DNA from: an uncultured Eubacteriales bacterium
GTDB taxonomy: Bacteria > Bacillota > Clostridia > Oscillospirales > CAG-272
Direction: 5' to 3'
Assembly (NCBI GenBank): GCA_905187695.1
Contig: CAJJIY010000002.1
Span: forward strand, 46-64,045
Length of the DNA stretch: 64,000 bases
Shown here: positions 51,737 through 60,384 of the stretch, one piece after another
Layout of the letters: each line of letters opens with the position of its first letter
Position numbering within the stretch: the stretch's first letter is position 1
The notes under the pieces: generated by a model
Told to the model about the DNA's origin: nothing
Database searches by the model: none
What the model saw: only the letters and a program-made list of their open reading frames with translations
Position numbers and translations under genes: made by a program

Positions 51737-53473
51737 TCACTTCTTTTCTTTGCTTTGTCCGGCAGGATCTTCAACATACGCCATTTTCGTCACATCAAAC
51801 ACGCCGCCGGGAAGGATCTTCCATTCCGGAATGACCGGCAGTGCCATAAACGACAAAGTCATAAAAGGATCCACCCCCGGCGTAACGCCCAATGACTTGG
51901 CAAAATCCTTGGCGCACTCCAGGGCTTGTTCGGTATCGACGGCGGACGCTTCGCTCATCAGTCCCGCAATCGGAAGCGGCAACGAACGGCTTTCTTTCCC
52001 GTCGGTCACATAAATGCCGCCACCCATCCGGATCAACTCATTGACCGCCAGGGCAAGCAGTTCGTCGCTGCTACCCACCGCGATGATATTATGCGAATCG
52101 TGCGAAACACTCGTGGCCACCGCACCGGCGCGAAGTCCATACCCGGAAAGATATCCAAGCCCGATGTGCCCGGTCTTTCCATGGCGCTCCAGCACCGCGA
52201 TTTTCAGAATATCCCTCTCCGTATCGACCCGGTCGACAAAACCGTGCGCGTGGGTATAGAGTTCCCGAGGCATGACGCCGATCAACGGTTTTCGCCCGGC
52301 GGCAAAATCCGCAGAAGTCACCGGCTCTCTGTGCATGGAACCGTGAGCGGCCGCAAGCAATCGGGGAGAAATTTCAGGATTGCGCACACATACGCGCTTC
52401 CCTTTTTCAAAGGCAGTCCGTCCGTTTTTAAGAACCCGTGCGACCCCGAACTCTGAAAGATCTTCAAAAAATACCAGATCGGCGATCCGTCCGCCCGCAA
52501 TGGCGCCTCTGTCCGAAAGGCCGAAATACTCTGCCGCGTTCCGGCTGGCCACCGTCAGAGCCAGCGCGGGATCGACCCCCCTTTCGACGCAACGGCGGAC
52601 AATATGATCCATATGCCCCAGCCGTTCGATGTCACTGGTATGCTTATCGTCAGAGCAGAAAAGAATCCGGTCACGGTATACATCCGTCAAAAGGGGCAAA
52701 AGGCTGTCCAGATTTTTGGCGGCCGTGCCCTCCCGGATCATGATGTACATCCCGGCACGCAATTTCTCAAGCGCCCCATCCGGATCGGTACATTCATGAT
52801 CGGAAGAAATGCCCGCCGCCACATAACCGGCAAGCGTCCGGCCGGAAAGACCGGGTGCGTGCCCGTCCACGCGTTTTCCGTGCGCGTGCGCATCCACGAT
52901 TTTTTCCACTACGGCGGGGTCGCAGGCCGCCCCAACATAGTCCATCATTTCCGCCAGGCCCAACACACGCGCATGGCGGTAAAAAGGAGACAGTGCCGCA
53001 GCGTCAAGCGAAGCACCGCTCTCATCAAACGGCGTGGCCGGCACACAGGACGGCAACATCAGAAAAACATCCAGGCCAATCCCTTTCGTAGCCTCCAGCA
53101 TATAACGGATACCGTCTTCTCCCATGACATTGGCAATTTCGTGCGGATCGCAGATGACGGCGGTCGTACCGTGGGAAAGTGCCGGCCCGGCAAATTCGAC
53201 CGGCGTCACCAGTGTGCTTTCCAGATGGATATGGGCATCAATCAGGCCGGGAACGACAAACTGTCCGGGAGCCGAAAGGACTTCTTTTCCTTCGTATCGG
53301 CCGCCAACGCCCGCAATCCGCCCATCGAAAACGGCAATATCGCCCGTTTCAAAGGAGCGGGTAAATACATTCAGCCACCGGGCATCCCGGATCACAAGAT
53401 CGGCCGGCGATTCACCCCGCGCCACACGGATCAGTGCAAGTTCTTTTTGAATCTGACGCGAACGGTTGACCAT
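51737..53473 (-). CDS. ade: Adenine deaminase
   Basis: 578 aa amidohydrolase with PGLIDAHIHLES and the family-typical C-terminal domain. Confidence 0.9.
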   Translation of the reverse strand: MVNRSRQIQKELALIRVARGESPADLVIRDARWLNVFTRSFETGDIAVFDGRIAGVGGRYEGKEVLSAPGQFVVPGLIDAHIHLESTLVTPVEFAGPALSHGTTAVICDPHEIANVMGEDGIRYMLEATKGIGLDVFLMLPSCVPATPFDESGASLDAAALSPFYRHARVLGLAEMMDYVGAACDPAVVEKIVDAHAHGKRVDGHAPGLSGRTLAGYVAAGISSDHECTDPDGALEKLRAGMYIMIREGTAAKNLDSLLPLLTDVYRDRILFCSDDKHTSDIERLGHMDHIVRRCVERGVDPALALTVASRNAAEYFGLSDRGAIAGGRIADLVFFEDLSEFGVARVLKNGRTAFEKGKRVCVRNPEISPRLLAAAHGSMHREPVTSADFAAGRKPLIGVMPRELYTHAHGFVDRVDTERDILKIAVLERHGKTGHIGLGYLSGYGLRAGAVATSVSHDSHNIIAVGSSDELLALAVNELIRMGGGIYVTDGKESRSLPLPIAGLMSEASAVDTEQALECAKDFAKSLGVTPGVDPFMTLSFMALPVIPEWKILPGGVFDVTKMAYVEDPAGQSKEKK

Positions 53474-53504
53474 ATCCCTGCTCCTTTCTGAAATAAAACC
53501 GCTT

Positions 53505-54746
53505 TTAATCGTTATAAATCGGGAATTTTTCGCACAGTTCCATTACTTCCGCACGCACACGCGCGCAGTTCCCTTCAAAATCCTTTGCAATATCTCCCAT
53601 GAAAGCGGCAATCCGCTTCATTTCGGGAATCCCGAACCCGCGCGTTGTCACGGCCGGCGTGCCCACACGGATACCGCTGGTGACAAAAGGCTTTTCCGGA
53701 TCGTTGGGAATGGCGTTTTTGTTGACTGTAATGTGTACTTCATCCAGCCGTTTTTCCATCTCTTTTCCGGTAATCTTAAACGGCCGCAGGTCAATAAGCA
53801 TCAGGTGATTATCCGTACCGCCCGACACAATGCGGAAACCTATCGTGGAAAGTTCCGCGCACAGGGTCTTGGCGTTTTCCACCACATGGCGCTGATACTC
53901 GGCAAATTCCGGCGTGAGCGCCTCGCCCAGCGCCACAGCTTTGGCGGCAATGATATGCATGAGCGGACCGCCCTGCGTGCCGGGAAAAACAGCCTTGTCA
54001 ATCTTGGCGGCCAGCTCTTCGCGGCAAAGGATCATACCGCCGCGCGGACCGCGCAGAGTCTTATGCGTAGTGGTGGTCACCACATCGGCGTAAGGTACAG
54101 GACTGGGATGCAATCCGGCCGCAACAAGGCCCGCAATGTGCGCCATATCCACCATATAATAAGCGCCGACTTCCTTTGCGATTTCACCGATTTTTTTGAA
54201 ATCGATCGTTCTGGAATAAGCGCTCGCCCCCGCGATAATCATCTTGGGATGGCAGGAGAGCGCCACACGGCGGATCTCGTCATAGTCAAGCATTTCGGTC
54301 TCATCCGAAACGCTGTAAGGAACCACATGAAAATATTTTCCCGAAATATTGACGGGAGAGCCATGCGAAAGATGCCCGCCATGCGCCAGCGAAAGGCCCA
54401 TGACCGTATCTCCCGGCTCAAGAAGTGCAAAAAACACCGCCAGATTGGCAGAGGCACCGCAGTGCGGCTGTACATTGGCATGCTGTGCGCCGAAAAGCTT
54501 TTTGGCACGCTCCCGCGCGATATTCTCCACAATGTCCACATACTGGCAACCGCCGTAATAACGCTTGCCGGGAAAGCCCTCGGCATATTTATTCGTAAGA
54601 GGGGTACCGGCGGCCATCAGCACAGCTTTTGAAACAATGTTTTCGGAAGCGATCAGTTCGATATTCTGACGCTGGCGGGAAAGTTCAAGGTTGCAGGCGT
54701 CAGCCACTTCCCTGTCGTAATTGGCGAGTTCCTCAAAAAAATTCAT
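53505..54746 (-). CDS. glyA: Serine hydroxymethyltransferase
   Basis: ELIASEN, [13 protein letters not shown], [14 protein letters not shown] (PLP Lys). ATG at 54746 after AAAGGAGAAAGC. Confidence 0.97.
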   Translation of the reverse strand: MNFFEELANYDREVADACNLELSRQRQNIELIASENIVSKAVLMAAGTPLTNKYAEGFPGKRYYGGCQYVDIVENIARERAKKLFGAQHANVQPHCGASANLAVFFALLEPGDTVMGLSLAHGGHLSHGSPVNISGKYFHVVPYSVSDETEMLDYDEIRRVALSCHPKMIIAGASAYSRTIDFKKIGEIAKEVGAYYMVDMAHIAGLVAAGLHPSPVPYADVVTTTTHKTLRGPRGGMILCREELAAKIDKAVFPGTQGGPLMHIIAAKAVALGEALTPEFAEYQRHVVENAKTLCAELSTIGFRIVSGGTDNHLMLIDLRPFKITGKEMEKRLDEVHITVNKNAIPNDPEKPFVTSGIRVGTPAVTTRGFGIPEMKRIAAFMGDIAKDFEGNCARVRAEVMELCEKFPIYND

Positions 54747-54896
54747 GCTTTCTCCTTTCGGCGGGTGCGACAGACGCACAGATAATTTTTATTATTCTAA
54801 CACAGCGTCCCTCTTCTTGTCAAGAAAAAGGGGCAAAAAGGGATATAAAAAGCGCAAGCCACGGCTTGGTGCCGTGGCTTGCTTTGTGCGTTATTC

Positions 54897-56315
54897 TTAC
54901 ATGGAAACCAGGAAGAAGCGCAGGAGGAAGAGCACGGCGATTACAGTGACCGGAATCTCTTTCTTGCTGTACTTGCCGGTGACCAGCGTGATCACCACGT
55001 GGGCAAAGCAACCGATGGCGATACCGTTGGAAATCGAGTAGGTAAGGGGCATCATGATGAGCGCCAGGAACGCAGGAACGGCCTCGGCAATGTCATCCAT
55101 GTTGACCTTGGCAAAGTTTCTGAGCATCAGCACGCCGACATAGATGAGGGCGGGAGCCGTTGCGCAAGCGGGGATGATCAGAGCAAGAGGCGTCAGGAAC
55201 AGGCACAGGAGGAAGCAGAAGGCAGTAACCACAGAGGCAAGGCCCGTGCGTCCGCCGGCACCGACGCCGGCCGCGGATTCCACAAAAGTGGTGCAGGTGG
55301 AAGTGCCCAGCACACCACCGGTCACGGTTGCAACTGAGTCTGCCACCATGCACTGATTCATATTGATCGGGTCGCCGTTCTCATCCATCATGTTGGCCTG
55401 AGAAGCCGTGCCGTACAGTGTGCCGATGGTATCGAACATATCTACCAGGCAGAAAGTCAGCGTCAGCACAATGGCATTCAGGACAGCAGAGAATCCACCT
55501 TCAAAAATGGTAAAGCCCTTGAACGCGCCGAAGATACCGATCTTGCCGAAGTCCTTGAAGGACTGGCCGATCGAGCTCATATCAAATTCGGGAGCGGTCC
55601 AGGTGGTGAGATAGTAAAGAACCGAAACGCCGAGAATGGTGAGAATCACATTGCCCTTGACATTCTTCTTACCGAGGATAGCCATGGCAAGCAGACCCAG
55701 CAGTGCCAGCACGACGGGAGCGATGGCTCTCCAGCCTTCCATGAAGGTCTTGCCGGTGATTGCACCGTGGAAATCAAAGAACTGGACAAAGGTGTACTGG
55801 TTGGCCTGAATGATGCCGACGTTCTTGAAACCGATGAAGGCAATGAAGAGGCCGATACCGGCGGGAATCGCTTTTTTGAGGTTTTCGGGCAGTGCCTTGG
55901 CAAGCAGTCCGCGCACACCGGTGGCGGAAAGGATCAGGAACAGGATGCCTTCCAGAAGGATGATGGTCAGACCTTCACGATAGCCCTGAATCACATCACC
56001 GCCGGAAAGAGCGGGCAGAATGAAAGAAACGAAGAAGAAGGAGTTCAGTCCCATGCCGCAGGCCTGTGCAAAGGGCATCTTGGCGTACAGCGCGCAAAGC
56101 AGCGTGCCGACCACAGCCACAAGGATCGAAGCAACATACACCGCGTTCCAGATGGTTCCGAAATCAGGCCCTTGCATAAAGCCGGTGACCTGATTGGGGT
56201 TTGTCACGATGATGTAAGCCATGGCAAAGAAGGTGGTCAGACCCGCCATGATCTCGGTCCGGATGTTTGAACCGCGCTCGGTGATTTTGAAAAACTTGTC
56301 CAGTTTCTGGTTCAT
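54897..56315 (-). CDS. NCS2-family purine permease (AzgA/PbuG-like guanine/hypoxanthine or adenine transporter)
   Basis: N-terminus MNQKLDKFFKITERGSNIRTEIMAGLTTFFAMAYII is typical of AzgA-type permeases. Preceded by a purine riboswitch. ATG at 56315. Confidence 0.9.
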   Translation of the reverse strand: MNQKLDKFFKITERGSNIRTEIMAGLTTFFAMAYIIVTNPNQVTGFMQGPDFGTIWNAVYVASILVAVVGTLLCALYAKMPFAQACGMGLNSFFFVSFILPALSGGDVIQGYREGLTIILLEGILFLILSATGVRGLLAKALPENLKKAIPAGIGLFIAFIGFKNVGIIQANQYTFVQFFDFHGAITGKTFMEGWRAIAPVVLALLGLLAMAILGKKNVKGNVILTILGVSVLYYLTTWTAPEFDMSSIGQSFKDFGKIGIFGAFKGFTIFEGGFSAVLNAIVLTLTFCLVDMFDTIGTLYGTASQANMMDENGDPINMNQCMVADSVATVTGGVLGTSTCTTFVESAAGVGAGGRTGLASVVTAFCFLLCLFLTPLALIIPACATAPALIYVGVLMLRNFAKVNMDDIAEAVPAFLALIMMPLTYSISNGIAIGCFAHVVITLVTGKYSKKEIPVTVIAVLFLLRFFLVSM

Positions 56316-56344
56316 AAGTTTTTCCCCTTTCAAAAAGTTTGTTT

Positions 56345-56490
56345 TTGAAAAACAAAAGCCCGACATCTGCCGAGCTTCCCGCCAAAACCGAAGAAAGCGC
56401 CGCACACTGCCGGCGCTGACCGGATCGGTAGTCGGGCGGAAGGCCGCCCGGTAGAAACTCCGGGCCCTTTTCGCCCGCATTATACCGAAA
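56345..56490 (-). promoter_or_regulatory. Purine (guanine-type) riboswitch with terminator expression platform
   Basis: Aptamer at 56489-56425: P1 UCGGUA/UACCGA, J1-2 UAUAAU, P2 CGGGC/GCCCG with L2 GAAAAGG, J2-3 AGUUUCUACC, P3 GGGCG/CGCCC, J3-1 GACUAC (C at the specificity position). Terminator AAGCUCGG...UCGGGCUU + UUUGUUUUU at 56377-56348. Confidence 0.85.
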
Positions 56491-56510
56491 CATTTGTTTT
56501 TCATGACCGA

Positions 56511-56539
56511 TTATAACATATGTTCAGACAAAATTCAAG
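56511..56539 (-). promoter_or_regulatory. Sigma-A promoter of the riboswitch-permease transcript
   Basis: On the minus strand: TTGAAT (56539-56534), 17-nt spacer, TATAAT (56516-56511). Confidence 0.6.
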
Positions 56540-56594
56540 AGAAAAACAAAAAATTTTCAAAAAAAGATCACTTCTCCGATTCGACCAAAAATGA

Positions 56595-56623
56595 TTGACA
56601 ACGCCGCGTTTTTATGTTAAAAT
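56595..56623 (+). promoter_or_regulatory. Sigma-A promoter of mntP
   Basis: TTGACA (56595-56600), 17-nt spacer, TAAAAT (56618-56623), with a TGT extended -10. Confidence 0.6.
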
Positions 56624-56660
56624 GTACAATACATTTTCATGGACGCAAGAGGAGAATATC

Positions 56661-57251
56661 ATGCTTTCTTTTGTTCTGACCAACCTGTTGCTGGGTGTCG
56701 GGCTTGCTATGGACGCCTTCTCGGTCTCACTGGCCAACGGCCTTGCCGAACCGAAAATGTCCGTCCCCCGCATGGCAGGAATTGCCGGTATTTATGCCTT
56801 TTTTCAGGCTCTGATGCCGATGACCGGCTGGTTCTGCGTCCACGGGGCTCTTTCTTATTTCACGATATTTTCACGCTTTATTCCCTATATTGCGTTGGCG
56901 CTCCTGCTTTATATCGGCGGAAAAATGCTGATTGAGGGCATCCGGAACAAAGAAAAGAGCGAAGAAGAAAAGATTACGGTGCAGTTTCCCTTTACCGCCC
57001 TGCTCCTTCAGGGCGTGGCAACCTCGATCGACGCGCTTTCGGTCGGCTTTACCATTGCCGAATACGGTGTGTGGGAGGCGCTGCTGGCCGCCGGCATCAT
57101 TGCGTCCGCCACCTACCTTATCTGCTCTGTCGGTCTCTACCTTGGAAAGCGATTCGGCACGCGGTTGGCCGGAAAAGCCACCGTTTTCGGCGGATTGGTG
57201 CTGATTTCCATTGGGATTGAAATTTTTGTCAAAGGCGTATTCTTCGCCTGA
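56661..57251 (+). CDS. mntP: Manganese efflux pump MntP
   Basis: Duplicated MntP motifs (GLAMDAFSVS and ATSIDALSVG). About 6 TM. ATG at 56661 after GAGGAGAATATC. Confidence 0.88.
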   Translation: MLSFVLTNLLLGVGLAMDAFSVSLANGLAEPKMSVPRMAGIAGIYAFFQALMPMTGWFCVHGALSYFTIFSRFIPYIALALLLYIGGKMLIEGIRNKEKSEEEKITVQFPFTALLLQGVATSIDALSVGFTIAEYGVWEALLAAGIIASATYLICSVGLYLGKRFGTRLAGKATVFGGLVLISIGIEIFVKGVFFA

Positions 57252-57288
57252 AAAAAGGAGCAGGTTCATTTCCCTGCTCCCTTTTTTA
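57251..57288. terminator. Bidirectional terminator
   Basis: AAAAAA-GGAGCAGG (57257-57264) ... CCTGCTCC (57273-57280) - CTTTTTT. Confidence 0.8.
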
Positions 57289-57495
57289 CAGATAAATCTC
57301 AATGCTTTGAAGCGACTCCACCCGGTCCAGTCTGGCCACCCGGCGGCCGCGTTCATCGGTATAGCTGATCCGGATCCATTCGCTGTCCACCGCGTCCACA
57401 TCACACAGAATGTCGGCGCTCCCGGTCAGATATTCCTCGTTTTCATCCCGGATCCGGCAATGAAGGCCCGGCAGATTTTTCAATACCTCAGACAT
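57286..57495 (-). CDS. Hypothetical small protein (69 aa)
   Basis: GGGGGAAAG RBS. Acidic soluble protein. No family recognised. Confidence 0.5.
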   Translation of the reverse strand: MSEVLKNLPGLHCRIRDENEEYLTGSADILCDVDAVDSEWIRISYTDERGRRVARLDRVESLQSIEIYL

Positions 57496-57555
57496 TTTTC
57501 TTTCCCCCTTTTTTGGTTTCTGTTTTCATTTTGCACCGGAAAGGGGATTTTATAC

Positions 57556-57585
57556 AAAAGAGCCGGATTTCTCCGGCTCTTTTTT
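57556..57585 (-). terminator. Hairpin after the divIC-like gene
   Basis: AGAGCCGGA (57559-57567) / TCCGGCTCT (57572-57580), with T-runs on both strands. Confidence 0.65.
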
Positions 57586-57799
57586 ACGGCATCGGCGATT
57601 CGCTCTTCTCCTGTTGCCGCTGTTGTTCTTCAATTTTGGCTTTTTCCTTTTCCAATTCCGCCGCTTCCCTGTTCCGGCGGCGAAACTCGGCCAGCCGGTT
57701 GACGGTGAGCACGATGGCCACGCAGAAAATGATTAAAATGAGCGCCCGGATGATGAAGGAAAGAATCCTTGTTTTGTTTTCCCCTTCGTTTCTTTTCAT
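57584..57799 (-). CDS. Septum formation initiator family protein (FtsL/DivIC-like)
   Basis: 71 aa with one N-terminal TM helix followed by a charged coiled-coil segment. Sits immediately after yabQ, as in B. subtilis yabQ-divIC. Confidence 0.65.
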   Translation of the reverse strand: MKRNEGENKTRILSFIIRALILIIFCVAIVLTVNRLAEFRRRNREAAELEKEKAKIEEQQRQQEKSESPMP

Positions 57800-58427
57800 G
57801 TTTCCGATTCCTCTTTTCTTTTATGGAAAGCACCCTGTAGCCGGGAATTTCGCCTCTCTTTGCCGCCGTAATCTGAGCCTTGCAAAGAGTTTCCGACCGT
57901 TTTTCTTTTCTTTTTTCACGCCGCGCTTTTGTCATGCGGGCAAGCGGCGCAAAAATCTTCTTTTGGATCAGGCGGACGGGGGCAACTAAAAAGAACAGCA
58001 AATATTGCCCGCCGGCCGACAGCAAATAGGACAGCCATGCGCAAAACAGCGAGGAAACCCGCCCCGTCACCCTGCGCGTCAGCAAAAAGCCGAAAAACAG
58101 CAGCAACGGCACCTCCGGCCGGAACTGACCGCAAAAACGCACATACAGGATCGCCTGGCAAAAGACCGCAAAGAAAAGGGCGCAAAGAAAGTCGCCCGCA
58201 AAAATCACGGTCTGCCGCCAAAGATTGCCTCTTTCGCGCGGCAAAGGCGTGGCATGGCGAAGAAACGGCAAGGGACGCTCATAGACCGGCCTCATTTCCG
58301 CCAGAACCCGATGCGCACCGAGCAGTACGCCGATGACCCGCAGGAAAAAAAGGCAGAATGCGTAAAAGACACCCGCCGAAAAAGACAGAAGAAAACTTGC
58401 AAACTGGTCTGCCGGATAAATTTCCAT
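57630..58427 (-). CDS. yabQ: Spore cortex biosynthesis protein YabQ-like membrane protein with an unusually long basic tail
   Basis: Multi-TM N-terminal ~165 aa. The ATG overlaps the yabP stop (TGATG). The ORF runs 170 nt into the divIC-like gene in another frame. Confidence 0.65.
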   Translation of the reverse strand: MEIYPADQFASFLLSFSAGVFYAFCLFFLRVIGVLLGAHRVLAEMRPVYERPLPFLRHATPLPRERGNLWRQTVIFAGDFLCALFFAVFCQAILYVRFCGQFRPEVPLLLFFGFLLTRRVTGRVSSLFCAWLSYLLSAGGQYLLFFLVAPVRLIQKKIFAPLARMTKARREKRKEKRSETLCKAQITAAKRGEIPGYRVLSIKEKRNRKHEKKRRGKQNKDSFLHHPGAHFNHFLRGHRAHRQPAGRVSPPEQGSGGIGKGKSQN

Positions 58428-58708
58428 CAGCCAAACAGCCGCCGTTTTCCGCGCCGGACGGGAGACTCATCGCTGTAAAAGACGCCGTTCAGTTGCCCGG
58501 TGACCGTAACCAGACCGCGCTCAATATCCAGCGTTGTCACGGAAAGTCCCTCTCCCTCCAGGGTCATGCGCCCGCATTCGGTCACAAGAGACACCATTGT
58601 GTCGTCAAAGCTTTCCATCGCCGTGACGCCGGTGATTTCGGTTTCCTTTCGCGCCGCGCACCGCAGCGCATGATGACAGCCCACATTGTTTTTTCCTTCG
58701 TCCGCCAT
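58427..58708 (-). CDS. yabP: Sporulation protein YabP
   Basis: YabP-type pattern (ITGVTAMESFDDTMVSLVTECGRMTLEGEGLSVTTLDIERGLVTVTGQLNG) and synteny. Confidence 0.8.
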   Translation of the reverse strand: MADEGKNNVGCHHALRCAARKETEITGVTAMESFDDTMVSLVTECGRMTLEGEGLSVTTLDIERGLVTVTGQLNGVFYSDESPVRRGKRRLFG

Positions 58709-58808
58709 AATTGCCCCTCCTTTTCGGATTCAAGGCATTATATGCAAAGCTCAAAAACGATATGCAACATCCGTGCCAAAGTTTTGCCCGGGCCTTTCGC
58801 ATTCAGGC

Positions 58809-59066
58809 TCAGTTTGACGAACCGCCATCAATGACCTCGTAAAGTTCTTCCACGCCGGTCTTTCCCACGGTCTCCCGCACGGCCCGCACCCGTATCTTCA
58901 GTGTGCGGGCACCGAAACGGACCTCGATTATGTCATTTTCTTTCACATCATAGGAGGCCTTTGCCGGACGGCCGTTGACCGTGACATGGTCGGCGTCGCA
59001 TGCATCGTTGGCCACTGTGCGCCGTTTGATAATCCGCGTCACCTTCAGATATTTATCCAGTCTCAT
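58809..59066 (-). CDS. S4-domain RNA-binding protein (YabO/Hsp15-like)
   Basis: MRLDKYLKVTRIIKRRTVANDACDADHVTVNGRPAK is a classic S4 motif. 85 aa. Confidence 0.88.
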   Translation of the reverse strand: MRLDKYLKVTRIIKRRTVANDACDADHVTVNGRPAKASYDVKENDIIEVRFGARTLKIRVRAVRETVGKTGVEELYEVIDGGSSN

Positions 59067-59123
59067 ATTTCCTCCGGAAAAAGGACGGCGGAGGCCGAAG
59101 CCCCCGCCGGTTAAAACTATTTC

Positions 59124-59396
59124 TTACTGAATCGCGTCCTTGAGCGATTTTCCGGCCGCAAACGAGGGAGCCTTGCCGGCAGCAATCTCGATCTTTTCAC
59201 CGGTCTTGGGGTTGACACCGGTGCGGGCAGCTCTTTCCTTTACGGCAAAAGTGCCAAAGCCGACCAGCTGGATCTTGTCACCGGCTTTGAGAGCCTCGGT
59301 GATTGCCTCGATCGTTGCGTTGAGAGCCAGTTCGGCCTCTTTCTTGGAAAGTTCGCTCTTGGCCGCAATAGCGTTTACCAGTTCTGTCTTGTTCAT
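59124..59396 (-). CDS. hup: DNA-binding protein HU
   Basis: [11 protein letters not shown]...[26 protein letters not shown]. 90 aa. Confidence 0.97.
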   Translation of the reverse strand: MNKTELVNAIAAKSELSKKEAELALNATIEAITEALKAGDKIQLVGFGTFAVKERAARTGVNPKTGEKIEIAAGKAPSFAAGKSLKDAIQ

Positions 59397-59485
59397 GATG
59401 TTCGCATCCTTTCTTTTATTTCAGCATATTTTGATGACGGATATGGTGCATCACAATTTTATTTTACCATATTTTTTACAAAAAA

Positions 59486-60328
59486 TCAATAGGATGATTC
59501 GGAAAAATCGGCATTTTTCTTGCTTTTTTCGATTTTTTTGGCCTCTTCCCAGATGAAATCCAACTCCTCCGGCGAGCACAGTGCCATTTCCTTCCTTTTT
59601 TTCAGACAAATCCCTTCCAGGATTGAGAAACGCCGGATATATTTGTCTGTTGCCCGCGTCAATGCCTCCTCGGGATCAACCGAAGCTTTGCGTGCCAGAT
59701 TGGCGGCGGCAAAAAGCAGATCCCCCACTTCTTCCTCCACGGCGCCGGCGTCTTTTCCGGCAATCGCTTCGGCGGCTTCTCCGGTCTCTTCCCGGACCTT
59801 CAGAAGCGCACTGTCCGTGTCCGGAAAATCCAGCACGCCGGATTTCTTGCCGACTTTGGCCGCGCGCATGAGCGCCGGCAGTTGACGGGGCACCGCCATC
59901 AGTTTATCGGTCACCGTGTCGCGGTGCTTTTCTTCATTTTTAATAGCTTCCCAGTTTTCAAGAACCCGGTCGCTATTCTCGGCCCGGACCTCGCCAAATA
60001 CATGGGGATGACGATGAATGAGTTTCCGGCAGATATCCCCGGCCACATCATCAAAAGTAAAGTGCCCGGCTTCCGCTTCCATTTCCGCATGGAACACCAC
60101 CTGCAAAAGCAGATCTCCCAATTCTTCGCGCAAAAGTTTCAGGTCCTTTTTATCAATTGCCTCGATCACCTCATAGGTCTCCTCAATGAGGTTTTTACGA
60201 ATGGATTCATGGGTCTGTTCCCTGTCCCAGGGGCAACCGCCGGGACGCCGGAGAAGCGTCACGATCCGCACCAGATCCATTACATCATACTTTTCTTTTT
60301 CAAGAAGTTCTTTTGCTTCCTTTTCCAT
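59486..60328 (-). CDS. mazG: Nucleoside triphosphate pyrophosphohydrolase MazG
   Basis: Tandem MazG domains (CPWDREQTHESIRKNLIEETYEV, EELGDLL) and a second EExGDLLF repeat. Confidence 0.92.
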   Translation of the reverse strand: MEKEAKELLEKEKYDVMDLVRIVTLLRRPGGCPWDREQTHESIRKNLIEETYEVIEAIDKKDLKLLREELGDLLLQVVFHAEMEAEAGHFTFDDVAGDICRKLIHRHPHVFGEVRAENSDRVLENWEAIKNEEKHRDTVTDKLMAVPRQLPALMRAAKVGKKSGVLDFPDTDSALLKVREETGEAAEAIAGKDAGAVEEEVGDLLFAAANLARKASVDPEEALTRATDKYIRRFSILEGICLKKRKEMALCSPEELDFIWEEAKKIEKSKKNADFSESSY

Positions 60329-60384
60329 AATTGACCTCCGTCCGGATTTTTACTTCTTAATGATACCGCAAACAGGCGTGAAAG

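Noticed and set aside
56520-56660. yybP-ykoY manganese riboswitch upstream of mntP
   Set aside because: The promoter (56595-56623) leaves a leader of only ~35 nt. That is too short for the ~100-nt four-way-junction motif, and no conserved GGGGAGUAG-type sequence is seen.
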